Source of the DNA: Eledone cirrhosa
Taxonomy: Eukaryota
Direction of reading: 5' to 3'
NCBI GenBank assembly: GCA_964016885.1
Contig: OZ024743.1
Span: forward strand, 49,476,001 to 49,540,000
Length of the DNA stretch: 64,000 bases
In this document: positions 36,004 through 48,605 of the stretch, in pieces
Numbering within the stretch: position 1 is the stretch's first letter
Layout of the letters: every line of letters starts with the position of its first letter
The notes under the pieces: generated by a model
The model's database searches: none
Seen by the model: only the letters and a program-made list of their open reading frames with translations
What the model was told of the DNA's origin: nothing
Made by a program: the position numbers and the translations under genes

Positions 36004-39000
36004 TTAGGTAAGGCGGGTCTTCTCTATTACTGAGTACTGCCAAAGATCTCGGTCCAGTGACATTGTCTTGGAGAGGTGTAAGTGTGTGAGGTCGGAATTT
36101 ATCAAGTCATCCCAGGTTTTTCTGGGTCTGCCTACTCCGTGGCTACCGTCTATTTTTATTGCCCTGCACTTTTTTATACAGCTGTCGTCTTTCATGCGCA
36201 TCACGTGACCATACCAACGTAGCCTTCTCTTGAGTAAACAACATCTGATCCCTCTTATTTCTAATTTCTCCATTAGTTCATTAATGCTTTGCTGCTCTAT
36301 ATTACTATTACACATCCAGCGGAGCATGCAAGCTTCGTTCCTCTCTAGTCTGCATATATCCTCTGCACACAATGCCCAGGTCTCACTGCCATGCAACATT
36401 GCTGTTCGTATGCAGGTATCATACAGCTTGCCTTTCATTTTTAGGGAGAACCCTTTAGCGGCTAATAGTGGTATAAGCTCTCTGAACTTTTTCCATCCAG
36501 TTCTGACTCTAGCTATTGTACTTTCAGAGCACCCTCCCCCACTGCTGATTTTGTCACCCATGTAACGGAAGCTGTCCACTATTTCTATAGAATTTCTATA
36601 GAACCCTCTGTGCAATTGAAAGAGCTAGTATTCTGTGGGCACTTGCTGCTACTTATTGCACCAGAGCACCGGCCACATGTAAAATCTATGTTCTTAGTTA
36701 GCTTACCTGTGATCCCACTACATCTTTTATGCACCCATACTTTGCATTTGGGACATAAAATAGAGTTTCTACCTACGCCTTTCCTACACACTGAGCATGG
36801 CCATTTCCCGGATGGGACCGGCGCCCTATTTTCCTTCCTACAAACTAGAACTTTAGTCTTAGCCAGGTTAATTTTAAAGCCTTTTGATTCTAGGCCGTGC
36901 TTCCATGTTTGGAATTTCTTCTCTAGTTCGGCCATTGATTCAGCTATGAGCGTTAGATCATCTGCGTATAGGAGTTCCCATGGGCAGCCGGTCTTGAACT
37001 CCACTGTTATAGCCTGAAGGGCAATAATAAATAGTAGGGGGCTAAGAACGGAGCCCTGATGAACACCAACTTTTACGCTAAACTCTTCACGTTGTTAATT
37101 CTAACCTTGCTAACTGTTTCTTTATACATGGCTTGTATAGCTCTCACAAGCCATTCATCAACACCTAGTTTTCTAAGAGCCCACCAGATAATGGAACGGG
37201 GAACTCTGTCGAAGGCTTTCTCCAAGTCGACAAAAGCAAAGTATAGGGGTTTACTTTTAGCTAGGTACTTCTCCTGTAGTTGTCGTAAAATGAAAAGAGC
37301 GTCTGTGGTACTTTTGCCTGACACAAACCCGAACTGCATTTCATCTAGATCAATTCTCTCTCTGATTAGTTGTGCTATTACTTTTTCCGTGACCTTCATG
37401 ACCTGTTCGATTAATTTAATACCTCTATAGTTACTCCTATCTAGGGCATCTCCTTTACCCTTGTAGCAGTTAATGATGATGCTGCTACGCCAGTCCTTCG
37501 GAACAACCCCATTCTGTATGACTTGGTTTACTATCCGGGTGACCATGGTGTGTCCCACCGTTCCAGAGGCTTTCAGCATCTCAGCAACTATTTGCGAAGA
37601 CCCAGCCGCTTTACCCGTCTTCATATCTTTGATTGCCTTACTTATTATACTACCTTCGACTAACACTGCTAGTCCCTCTATTGGGTCGATGTGGGGGAGA
37701 CTGTCTTTCTCCCATTTATTCTCCTGATTTAGTAGCCTTTCGTAGTAACACTTCCAAGCTACCTTCTTATCAGCGTCAGTGATGGCAAGTACACCATCAT
37801 CATTAAGTACACACTTCTCCCCGACAATATCACGGTTTTCCTTGACACATTGCCTAGCAATCCTGAACACCTCACGTTTTTGGTCCTCGCGTTGTAGAAC
37901 ATGCTTGAACTTTCTTTCCTCTGCTTCCCTTCTTGCGAAGTACACTTGTCTCCTAGCTTCCCTCCTGGCCACTTGATAGTCTTCTCTACTTCCCCCATCC
38001 CGCCATACTTTCCAAGCCTGCTTTTTGGCTTTAATTGACTCCTCCACCTTACTGTTCCACCACAATGTTACTCTCCTCCTGCCTATAGGCCTGCTCCAGC
38101 CACAGACTTCATCTGCCGCCATCAGCAGGTTTGCTTTCAGGAATTCCCACTGTTCCTCTATAATGTACGACTGTAAATGCCCTTCCTTACTGTCGAAAGC
38201 ATCAAGTAATATGCTTTTAAATTTATTTCTGGCTGTGGGGTCCTTTAACTTCCATATTTTTCTCCTGAGGATAGTCCTCTTCTGCTGTCGAGTACATCTC
38301 GTCCTGACTATGAGGTCGCTAATTATGAGTATGTTGGGAGGTGCATTCTTCATGGGGGAGGGATTTAGTGTTTACAACAGACACTCTGTCACGTCTTCTG
38401 GTAAGGATATAATCTACCTGGCTGGTATGTTCCCCTGATCTGTAGGTGATCAAGTGAATGTCTCGTTTTTTGAAGTTAGTGTTACAGATAGTTAGGTTAT
38501 TTGCATCACAGAATTCCAGGATTCTGGAGCCTTCCTCATTTCTAGTACCAAACCCATAGCCTCCGTGGATTCCATCATAGCCGTCACAATGTTGTCCAAC
38601 GTGACCATTTAGGTCACCAGCAATAATTATATAGTCACTGTCGGTTATTTGGGAGGTAGTGAGCATCAGTGTCTCATAGAAACTGTCTTTTATAACGCCA
38701 GGCAGTCCGGATTGGGGTGCGTACGCAGATATTACTGTCACAGTAGTTCTATTTAGAACAAGTCTTATTTTAATTATTCTGTCATTCACTCTATTTACGT
38801 CTATTATCTTATCCACCCATTTTTCTGCTAACATGATTCCTACTCCACCCAGCCCATTGTCATTTCCCACCCAGAAAAGCTTATAGCATCGTTTTTTACC
38901 CACAATGAATCTAGCAGACCCGCCCCTCCACCTGGTCTCTTGGATACAGCAAACATCAACCTCCTTACGTTCAAGCATTTCTACAACCTCGTTAGAGCGG

Positions 39001-39188
39001 CCTTTTAAGGTGCCTACATTCATGGAACCAACTCTGAAGTTTTGGATTGCGTTTGGTGGGTGGGGCACAGGGAGGGGTGAGATGGATGGGGTTGGGGTTA
39101 TGTTGGCCATCCGCGGCCACAACAAAGAGGAGGGGGCCTTGCCCTTTCGTCCGGCAGCATGAGGTGAATTTGTCGTTATCTTTGGCAT
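36004..39188 (-). pseudogene. Frameshifted APE-RT polyprotein of the RTE element
   Basis: Consecutive ORFs 38319-39188, 37073-38353, 36585-37004 and 36004-36615. Visible lesions include an 11-bp duplication ATTTCTATAGA at ~36581-36602 and a small deletion at ~37090 relative to the 9569-11342 copy. Confidence 0.92.
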
Positions 39189-39360
39189 TGTCTTCGGGTG
39201 TCCAGATTCTTCAGACTCTCCAGAAATTCCTTAGTCCATCCATCATATCGAAAAGCAACCACAAGTGATAGCATAGGCTGTTGACTTGTGATTGGTCCAA
39301 ATATTAAGGTGGAGAGTGGGGACGGGAGGGAGGGGGTATGGGGTAGTTTGCGAGGAGCAG

Positions 39361-39957
39361 GCTTATTTATATTTGGTGCGTAGGGAGTGAGAGGGAGTGA
39401 GAGAGCGATGTATATGATAGAGAGAGAGTGAGGGTGAAAGCGATTTTAGAGGGCCGAGAGAGAGAGAGGCCATTTCTATGAATCCTGTAAAAATTTTTCG
39501 GCCAAAATGGTAGTGAGAAGATTATTTAGAACAACGCAGAGAAGATTTTTAGAACAGTGACACAGAATTATAGAAAGACAATTATGAATAAGATTTTGAT
39601 TCTGGGCGATTATAGATATATGGATGAATGAACCGAAGGGTGGGGAGTTAAGAAGAAAATGTTATTTGTATGTTACATTTCTTAGAAGCAGACTGACCAT
39701 CAATAAGAGTTGACAAATTCTGAGTTTTGTCCCCCGTAACAGGCTTTTTTATATTTGGTGCGTAGGGAGTGAGAGGGAGATGTATATGATAGAGAGAGAG
39801 TGAGGGTGAAAGCGATTTTAGAGGGCCGAGAGAGAGAGAGGCCATTTCTATGAATCCTGGAAAAATTTTTCGGCTAAAATGGTAGCGAGAAGATTATTTA
39901 GAACAACGTGGAGAAGATTTTTAGAACAGTGAGACAGAATTATAGAAAGACAATTAT
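39361..39957. repeat. ~215-230-bp direct repeat (39361-39595 / 39743-39957)
   Basis: tatatttggtgcgtagggagtgagagggag...gaaagacaattat occurs twice. Confidence 0.93.
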
Positions 39958-40808
39958 ATATAGATATATATATCATCATCATCATCATTTTATGTCCGCT
40001 TTTCCCTGCTTGCAGATGTTGGACAGGTAGGTCCTATTCAGCACAGCATCTCTCCACTTGTCACGGTCCTTCGTCATCTCCTCGGTGAGTTTCAGCGATC
40101 AGAGGTCTGCTCTCACCACCTCCACCCATGTTTTACACACACACATACAGACACACATACAGACACACACATACAGACACATATACACATACAGACACAC
40201 ACACACACAAATACACACACACACACAAATACACACACAAATGCACACACATACACACATGCATATAAACATACAGGCAGACATATACACACATAGACGC
40301 ACACAAGCACATACATACACAAACATACATACATGCTTGTATGTATGCTCACACATACCTACACAATGATAATGTTGCTAATCAATGATGTGTGCTGAAA
40401 TATAAAGTTTCTTACATTTCAGTTTTGACTGGAAGAACTTGTGTATTTAGTATGTTTATTTCTTCTAATTTTGTCTCATCTGCCATAGCTTGACATATTT
40501 CTGGCACTGACATTGTATCTTCCATTTCAATTTTCTCATCAATAATCATTTTGGAAAAGTACAACAGACTACTATGACTCCATCACATTCAAAATTAAAG
40601 TCTTTACTTTAGTTTAGTGTAAATTTTCACACCAATCTGTCCACTAGTAAAGATACTATAAACTTTTGAATTAAAAATCCTGTTTTTAGGTATGTTCTGC
40701 TAATTAAGAGTTAAATATATCTATTTGTACATCATTTGTTATTCAACCATAAATTTCATTTGTTATGAACTCCTTGTTAACAAGGGTTTCTGGCTTTTTT
40801 ATTTTTAA

Positions 40809-41233
40809 CCCTTTAGCATTTACATTACTCTATATTTACTATTATATTTTCACAGTAAAGGTTTTACCTCACATGATTATCTCACATAATATCGAATCTG
40901 AGATTTTGATATTATTTATTTTGAGAACAGGGCGGTGGATTAGCAGTATCGGTAGAGGGTCGGACGCCATGGTTTGCAGCATAGAGTTACGGCCCTTTAT
41001 GGTCTGAGTTCAAATCCCACCGAGGTTAACTTTGCCTTTCATCCTTACGGGGTCGATAAATAATGCACCAGTAATACACTGGGATAATTGCTGGCTTTGT
41101 GCCAAAAGTAGAAACGTTTATTTATTTTGAGAACAATACCTTAACATTAGTATGAGCAGCCGGTTACAGCCAGTTTGAAGAGAAAGAGGTGAGATAATTC
41201 TGGCCGGATATGGCCGGTTTAAATGCTAAAGGG
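40809..41233. mobile_element. TTAA-flanked piggyBac-like MITE carrying a SINE insertion
   Basis: TTAA-CCCTTTAGCATTTA...TAAATGCTAAAGGG-TTAA; empty homologue at 59985-60204. Confidence 0.9.
40930..41116 (+). mobile_element. SINE family B, full length with TSD
   Basis: Flanked by duplicated ATTTATTTTGAGAACA; ends GGCTTTGTGCCAAAAGTAGAAAC, the same tail seen at window positions 1-24. Confidence 0.92.
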
Positions 41234-42344
41234 TTAATAAAATCCACCTTTTGGGGACCAATTTTCTACAGTCATCTTCGAAATTGACTTCTATGATATT
41301 TTTAACATATGCAGTTATGAACAGGAATCCATTTCACAATTGCATTTGCATCAGACTGGTTTTGAATATCATTAATTTGGTTTAAAATTCTTGTACAAAT
41401 TTCTCTTCAATAATAACCTTTAAATCTGTTATGATACCATGATAGCATAGTTGAATTAATAATGTTGTGCTTGAGGCCAAGAAAATTACTTTAATGCTTT
41501 TTTAACAACCAATTATTCCTGTGTGAAACACAATTGTCAACTAATAATAATTTTTTTGCTTCAATTCCAAATCCTACTTAAGTATCTAGTTGTTGAAAAT
41601 GGCAGTAGTCACCCACACACTAACAGTAAAGAACAGGTGGAGTTGTGGCAGTTTTAAAACACCAATGATTATACTGTTAACAGTCACTAGAAGCTCTTCT
41701 TTCTGTCCCTATATATTGTACAGCACCATTGCTCACTGCTGCTAGCAGTGATGGGGGTGGTGGTTCTTTAGCTTCATGACAACCCTGATAGAGCTGACCT
41801 ATGATTAAAAGCCTTCCACCCATGACTATCTCATCTTACTCTCAAACAATGTATCTAGGTCTATCTAATGTCTCTTCTGTATTTTTATGGTAGGATGTAT
41901 TTTGAGGGAGATTTGGCTGCAAGAGTCTCTCTCTCTCTCTCTCTCTCTCATTGCAACTCTCTCTTTTTCTCATTGCCACTCTCTCTTTTCCTCTCTTTCT
42001 CTCATTGCCCCCCCCCCCATCTTGATGCATTACAATGGTAATGATATGCCAATCATTGTTGATAATGGGTTAACACCTCCCTCCATATCATAATTAAGTG
42101 ATTAAACAACTTCATTAGAATGTCTCTGTAGGTCTGCGTGTGGGGGGGATAATACCTTGTATTCTTCAGTGATTTGTTGTAGCTAAGTTGAAGAATCTAT
42201 TGGTTGTTGTTAATATGTGAAATATAAATCTACTTAGCTTCTATTTCTTCCTTCACACAGCATGCCTCTCTCCTAAACATATACTTATACAGAGAGGAAT
42301 AGAGACATAGTGTATTTTATTCCTCAAATGTGTGTCAACTGAGG

Positions 42345-42552
42345 AAATAATAATAATAATAAAATTATTGTGTACAGTGCTCAGTTGCACTACAACTCAT
42401 CAAAGGTGCATGTATAGTACATAGAATAATGTACAAATGTCAGGGAAGGGAATAGTGTATGAGTCATGATATACATGTGTGCGTGTGTGTGAAGGAGGAA
42501 TATTAGGTGTAGTGTTGGCGAATCTCAGGAAGCATGGAGGTTTTAAAGGATA
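42345..42552 (-). mobile_element. CR1-like LINE extreme 3' end
   Basis: cgaatctcaggaagca..aaggat shared with the CR1-like fragment at 54937; (TAA)n tail. Confidence 0.55.
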
Positions 42553-42709
42553 TGGTCTATCATTTGCCTGGTTTTATCTCCATTGCGGAAGTCTATGTAC
42601 ATACATGTTTGTGTATATACACTGTACATCAATGTCTGTGTAAATGTGGTGTGTTATTCTTTCAAGTATGTATCTATTGAGGAAGTGAGTGTGTGTTATT
42701 TTCTTGGGT

Positions 42710-42752
42710 TTGTTGTGTGTCTGTATGTATGTGTGTATGTGGTGTCTGTATG

Positions 42753-42785
<33 letters not shown>

Positions 42786-43125
42786 CTCTGTATGTATGTG
42801 GTGTCTGTATGTGTGTCGGTGTGTGTGTATGTCTGTATCTGTATGTATGTGTGTGTCTGTATGTATGTATGTCTGTATGTGGTATCTGTATGTGTGTGTG
42901 TATGTCTGTATGTGTGTCTGTATGTCTGTGTGTGTCTGTATGTCTGTGTGTGTCTGTATGTCTGTTTGTGTCTGTATGTGTGTGTCTATGTGTTTGTATG
43001 TGTCTATATCTGTATGTGTGTGTCTGTATGTGTGTGTATATCTGTATGTGTATGTCTGTATATGTGTATGTGTGTCTGTATGTATGTATGTATATGTATG
43101 TCAGTGTGTATGTATGTGTGTATGT
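42710..43125. repeat. Imperfect (TG)n/(TGTCTGTA)n microsatellite
   Basis: Direct inspection. Confidence 0.95.
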
Positions 43126-43719
43126 ATTATGCCATGAAGTATATGTCCATGGAGGAGGTGCCGTGAGAGATCCATCTCTAATATATTTGTTGTGTGAATA
43201 TTGTATTATTGATGTCAATAAAGTTCTCTACAATTGTAATGACAGCTTCAATATAGAGAAACACCTGTTGACATTTCTCATCAATTGAAATCAATCATCT
43301 GGGAATCTGCCTCTTTATTTATTTATATGTTTATTTCTTTATTAATATAGTTATATGTTTATATATTTATTTCTCTTGATCTGAAGTGGGGATGTGTGTA
43401 ATGCCATGGGTGTGTGTGTAGTGGTGTGGGTGTGGCTGTAGTAATGTGTAATGGCATGCAGTAGTGTGTGTGTGAGTGTGTGTGTAATGGTGTGTGGTGG
43501 TGTGGGTGTAGTGATGTGTAATGGCATGCAGTAGTGTGTGTGTGTGAGTGTACTGGTGTGTGTAATGGCATGTAGTAGTGTGTGTGTGAGTGTACTGGTG
43601 TGTGTAATGGCATGCAGTGGTGTGTTGGTGTGGGTGTACTGGTGTGTGTAATGGGGGTGTGGAAACATTGCCAAGTTGATTTAAACAATTGTTTTTTCTT
43701 GGAATTACTATCCATCCAT

Positions 43720-45355
43720 CTCTCCTCCCTTCTGTATGTACTGACTCTCGAGCCACTACTGCGGAAGTTGGAGCTATTGCAGGGCATCCCTCTAGAACTG
43801 GGACTGCGCAAAGCGGCGTTAGCCTACGCCGACGATGTTACAGTAATGGTGTGGAGCACCTCGCAAATCGAGGAAGTCAGCACCTTACTGAAGGAATACA
43901 AAAGGTTCACAGGAGCTAAGCTCAACCGGGACAAGTCCATCAGTTTGCAACTTGGAACGTGGAGAGGCAGACCAATGCCTTCCGATGGCGTTGTCGGAGG
44001 CTGGACGGAAGGATCGGTGAAGCTACTCGGGTTCTGGTTTGGTCCGGACCTCCAGGTGGAGAAGAACTGGAACGAGGTGACGACCAAGGTGTTTGCACTC
44101 ACCCAGAAGTGGGCCAAGTGCAAACTATCTTTGAGAGGCCGAGCGGAGGTGGCGAACACTTTTATAGCCAAAACGCTCACTAAAATGGAGCGCACGCCTT
44201 TCCAATTCCTTTGGAAGAAGCGGGCTCCTTTGGTGAGAAGATCCATCTGCTACACCCTTCCAACGGAGGGCTGGGGATGCCGTGGCTGATGATGCGCAAA
44301 CACGCGCTCAGGCTGCGGCACCTCCATGTATACCTCACCGGACAACCTGTATTGTCAACCAGTGTGGGCCCCGTTTGTGAGGCGAGCCTTCCCACGACTT
44401 GTCTCGCTGACCGAGCTGCAGTCCTGAGTCAAGCAAAGACCGAGGAAAATGGGCGACTGGCGCATCGAATGTGCTCAGGCGCTCACAGCCCTCTGGCAGG
44501 TGGACCCGGCGATTAGTGGAGAATCCACTTCGTCATTCTATAGAGGGTTGATCTGCAGCAAGTGCGACGATGCGCTCAGAGAAACTCTAGGCGTCGAGGA
44601 AGACGAACTGGCCAGTCTGTTCGGTAGGACCTTCCGCCCGGGACCGATGGACAACTTTTAAAAGTCCCTGGCCTGGCAGTGCTACCAAGGAGCTCTACCA
44701 GTTCAAGACAAGCTCTACAGACATGGGCGCCCGGGCAGGGACCCTTCGAAAAAGATCTGTCCAAGATGCGTGCAAGACGAAGAAACCGTCGCGCACGCAT
44801 TCATACACTGCCCGGGCGTTACCGACCTGTGGGGCTATCTAGAATGACTATTGTCGCGGGTGGGACCAATCCAGTTGACCACCAAGTCCATTGTCATGAT
44901 CAAACCGCTACCCTCCTTCAAAAACGAAGGAGAGGCGGTTTTCCTTTGTGTGATAGCTATGGCGAAAGAGGTTGTATGGTGGACGAGGTTAAAAGGGCTG
45001 AGGTCAGACATCTTTCTCTCCGGCCAACAACTGATTCTATTTTACAAATACCACTTTGGAAGAAGAGTCAGGATGGAGAGAGAGGTGCTGTACCCCAGCA
45101 AGTTTTATGAAAAGTGGGTGAAAGTGGCGAGAATGGCCCGAGTGAATGGGCCTTCCTCTATATCAGCCTGGAGATGGGGGTTGCACATTTTTTTCGGGGG
45201 TATGTGCTACCCATATGAACTGTCTCTCCCTATTGGGGAAAATCAATTAATTTTTAATTTACAATTGTGATAACATTTTACACGTTTTTATTGTATGTAA
45301 ACTCCCCCTTTGTAATTGTCCCCTTCTTTTGTGCCCCTGTGGCTAATAAAGAAAC
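43720..45355 (+). mobile_element. 5'-truncated Tx1/L1-clade LINE
   Basis: LSSLLYVLTLEPLL, AYADDVTV, KLLGFWF, GGLGMP and C-terminal knuckle CPRCVQDEETVAHAFIHCP; AATAAA near the end; frameshifted. Confidence 0.9.
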
Positions 45356-45616
45356 ATATCTATCTGTCATATAATGACCAGGAAGACCACAGCTCAAAGT
45401 AGTACTTGTTGCATGGAGAGAAGCAGGGTGGGTATATTAATGAGGTAGAGATCAACCACGAGCTCAAGTGATATCAGCTTGTAACCTCTTCAGGAGTTAC
45501 AAAAATAAAATCCAGAATAAAAGAAGGGAATTTCGGGAGGATGTGCAGAATTAGGGTACATAGTCAGGTTATGAGGCAATGGCTATCCCAGAAAAAGGGG
45601 AGTATAAGTAAAATAA

Positions 45617-46088
45617 AAGCATAAACGAACTAAGGAAAAAATTAGAGATAAGAGGGATCAGATGTTGTTTACTCGAGAGAAGGCTACGTTGGTATGGACA
45701 CGTGATGCGCATGAAAGTCGATAGCTGTATAACAAAGTGCAGGGCAATAAAGATAGACGGTAGTCACGGAATAGGCAGACCTAGAAAAACCTGGGACGAG
45801 CTGATAAACTCCGACATCACACACTTACACCTCTCCAAGACAATGTCACTGGACCGAGACCTTTGGCGGTACTCAGTAACAGAGAAGACCCGCCTTACCT
45901 AAATATATAGTGAAACCTACTCCAGCCAGTAGGCATCTCTAACAAAATACACCCCGTCCCACCACCACCACCCCCACCCGATCCACACCACCCCGTTCTA
46001 TGTAAAGTTATGTTGGTGCCGCGCCATCGAGGCCGAAACAAATGAGATCGTGTAGGTGTCACGACAAAAAAACACACAGTCCACGCTG
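45617..46088 (+). mobile_element. RTE family A 3' fragment lacking its tail
   Basis: RLRWYGHVMRMKVDS...KTRLT* plus a partial 3'UTR. Confidence 0.92.
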
Positions 46089-46098
46089 TCCACGCATA

Positions 46099-46710
46099 TC
46101 ATCATCATCAACGTTTAACGTCCGTGTTCCACGCTTGCATGGGTTTGGACGGGGGTAGTCCCACTTGAGGCAAGAGTGATTGTCTTGCTCGCATAGGACT
46201 GTCTGGCAGGTTTTCTACAGTTGGATGCCCTTCCTAACACCAACCACATTTACAGTGTGGGTCTGGGAGGTTTTTACCGTGTTGCCTACACGGCCACATT
46301 ACAGCGTGGACTGTGTGTTTTTTTGTCGTGACACCTACACGATCTCATTTGTTTCGGCCTCGATGGCGCGGCACCAACATAACTTTACATAGAACGGGGT
46401 GGTGTGGATGGGGTGGGGGTGGTGGTGGTGGGACGGGGTGTATTTTGTTAGAGATGCCTACTGGCTGGAGTAGGTTTTACTATATATTTAGGTAAGGCGG
46501 GTCTTCTCTGTTACTGAGTACCGCCAAAGGTCTCGGTCCAGTGACATTGTCTTGGAGAGGTGTAAGTGTGTGATGTCGGAGTTTATCAGCTCGTCCCAGG
46601 TTTTTCTAGGTCTGCCTACTCCGTGACTACCGTCTATCTTTATTGCCCTGCACTTTGTTATACAGCTATCGACTTTCATGCGCATCACGTGTCCATACCA
46701 ACGTAACCTT
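46099..46710 (-). mobile_element. RTE family A 3' fragment with (CAT)n tail
   Basis: Near-identical to 9569-10180; inverted relative to 45617-46088. Confidence 0.92.
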
Positions 46711-46764
46711 CATATATATATATATATATATATATACATACATACTTACACATACATACATAAT

Positions 46765-47895
46765 ATATCATCATCATGTCCACACAACTGGTGCAGCCAG
46801 TCATTGGGATACCACTCTAAGTCAGCCATTGCTACTGGTCTCTATTCTCCATCATGGATAGCAGGGTCTCAGTGTTGTGACCAGCCTTTGATGTTCTTGG
46901 ACCAGGATTTTCTTTGTCTGCCTCTTCTTTGCCCTCCTTGATGGTGTATTGATAGTTTTGGACAAGGAGTTGTGGCCATATGGTCATACCAGGCAAAATT
47001 CCATCTTTTCACCATCACAAGGAGTGGTCCCTGGCTGCCAGTATATTTGTTGACTTGTTGCCTGACAAAACTGTTTCTTTTGTGTTCCATGTATGGGATG
47101 TGTAGCAACCTTCTCAAGTACTTCTGTTCTGTATATGGGATGTGTAGCAACTTTCTGAAGCACTTGTGCTCAAATAACTGGATTCTTCATTCCACGACAG
47201 CTATGCGAGTCCAACACTCTCACTCATACAAAAGGATCAAAGTCACCAAGGACTTGTATAGTTTGAGCTTTGTTGGAAACCTGATGGAGTTGCTTTTCCA
47301 TATGACATTCAGCTTTACGATGACAGAAGTGACCAGAGTGAGTCTTGTCAGTATCTTCTTTTGAGATTTGCTGTCTCTAGTCAGAGTGGATCGTAGTTAC
47401 TTGAAGGTGTCTACTGATTCAAATCTTCCTCAATTCAGCATGTTGGCTGCTATATTCTGATTATTGCTATTAACCAGAATCTTGCTATGTTTTGAGCTGT
47501 CTCCATTCCATATGCTCCTGATACTTTTTCCAGCTTAATAGTAAGTTCCTGGAGTTCTGCTTCACTGCTTCCTAACAGGTCAATGTCATCAGCAAATCAC
47601 AGGTTGGAAATATGGGCCTTCTTTCAATGGAAACTGAGGTGTGGAAGTCTTGGAGTATCTCTTGCATGATGTTTTTCAGGGAAATATTGAAAACGACTGG
47701 AGAAAGGAGATGCCCTTGTCAAACTCCCACTGTTGTATTGAAGAATTCTCCAATGTTGTTATTCTGGAGAACTGCATTGTTTGAGTTATCATACAGTGCT
47801 TTAAATACTTGAATGAGGTTGATGTCAAAGTTGTAATCCTTCATCACCTTCCACAAACCCTCATGCCAAACATGGTCAAAGGCTTTTTTAAAGAT
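46765..47895 (-). mobile_element. Degraded BovB-like RTE LINE fragment (family C)
   Basis: FKKAFDHVWH, TTVGV*QG, FADDIDL, LRRLLHIPY..HKRNSFVR, RRGRQRKSW. Confidence 0.85.
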
Positions 47896-47968
47896 GATGA
47901 ATATATATATATATATATATATATACATTATATATATATATATATATACATTATATATATATACATTA

Positions 47969-48028
<60 letters not shown>

Positions 48029-48031
<3 letters not shown>

Positions 48032-48132
48032 ATGTTTAACCCCGACGGCAGAGCTCAAGCCGTTTCACGACGGGTATTTCAAGAAATAGCCGTCGAAACA
48101 GCTTGAGCTCTGCCGTCAGGGTTAAACATTTT
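48029..48132. repeat. ~104-bp imperfect palindrome built from hammerhead 3' halves
   Basis: aaaatgtttaaccccgacggcagagctcaagccgtttc..tatttc-aa-gaaatagccgtcgaaacagcttgagctctgccgtcaggggttaaacatttt; a third arm copy lies at 48375-48424. Confidence 0.9.
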
Positions 48133-48319
48133 TCTGTTACCCACTCTACTATCCTAAGTATTGAGTACTCTGGTGCGTTATAGTCCATCTGGTTCCTTAC
48201 CACACTTCCTTCGTATATATTGAAATTGACTAACCATTATCAAATCATAGGTAAACTTTCAGGTGCAAATAACATATGTCACATTTCCTTACTGACCAAC
48301 ATCAATGATAATCCCTTTT

Positions 48320-48374
<55 letters not shown>

Positions 48375-48516
48375 AAAATGTTTGACCCCGACGGCAGAGC
48401 TCAAGCCGTTTCGATGGCTATTTCTGGATTGAGTAATCTGGTGCGTTATGGTCCATCTTGTGCGTTATGGTCCATCTGGTTCCTTACCACACCTCCTGCA
48501 TTATATATATATATAC

Positions 48517-48605
<89 letters not shown>

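Larger units (their letters stand above)
35621..39958 (-). mobile_element. Near-full-length RTE-clade LINE (family A)
   Basis: Single broken ORF: APE endonuclease (NVGTL, IQETRW, SAYAPQ, GDLNGHVG, VDYIL), linker, RT, PHD-like finger, C-terminus; 3'UTR and (CAT)n tail. The 5' boundary beyond ~39200 is inferred. Confidence 0.93.

Noticed and set aside
39090-39200. HDV-like ribozyme at the RTE 5' end
   Set aside because: GC-rich and plausible by position, but I could not build the nested double pseudoknot by hand; it needs a descriptor search.
42574-43674. Long CVCV/THTH ORFs
   Set aside because: Translations of (TG)n-derived microsatellites.
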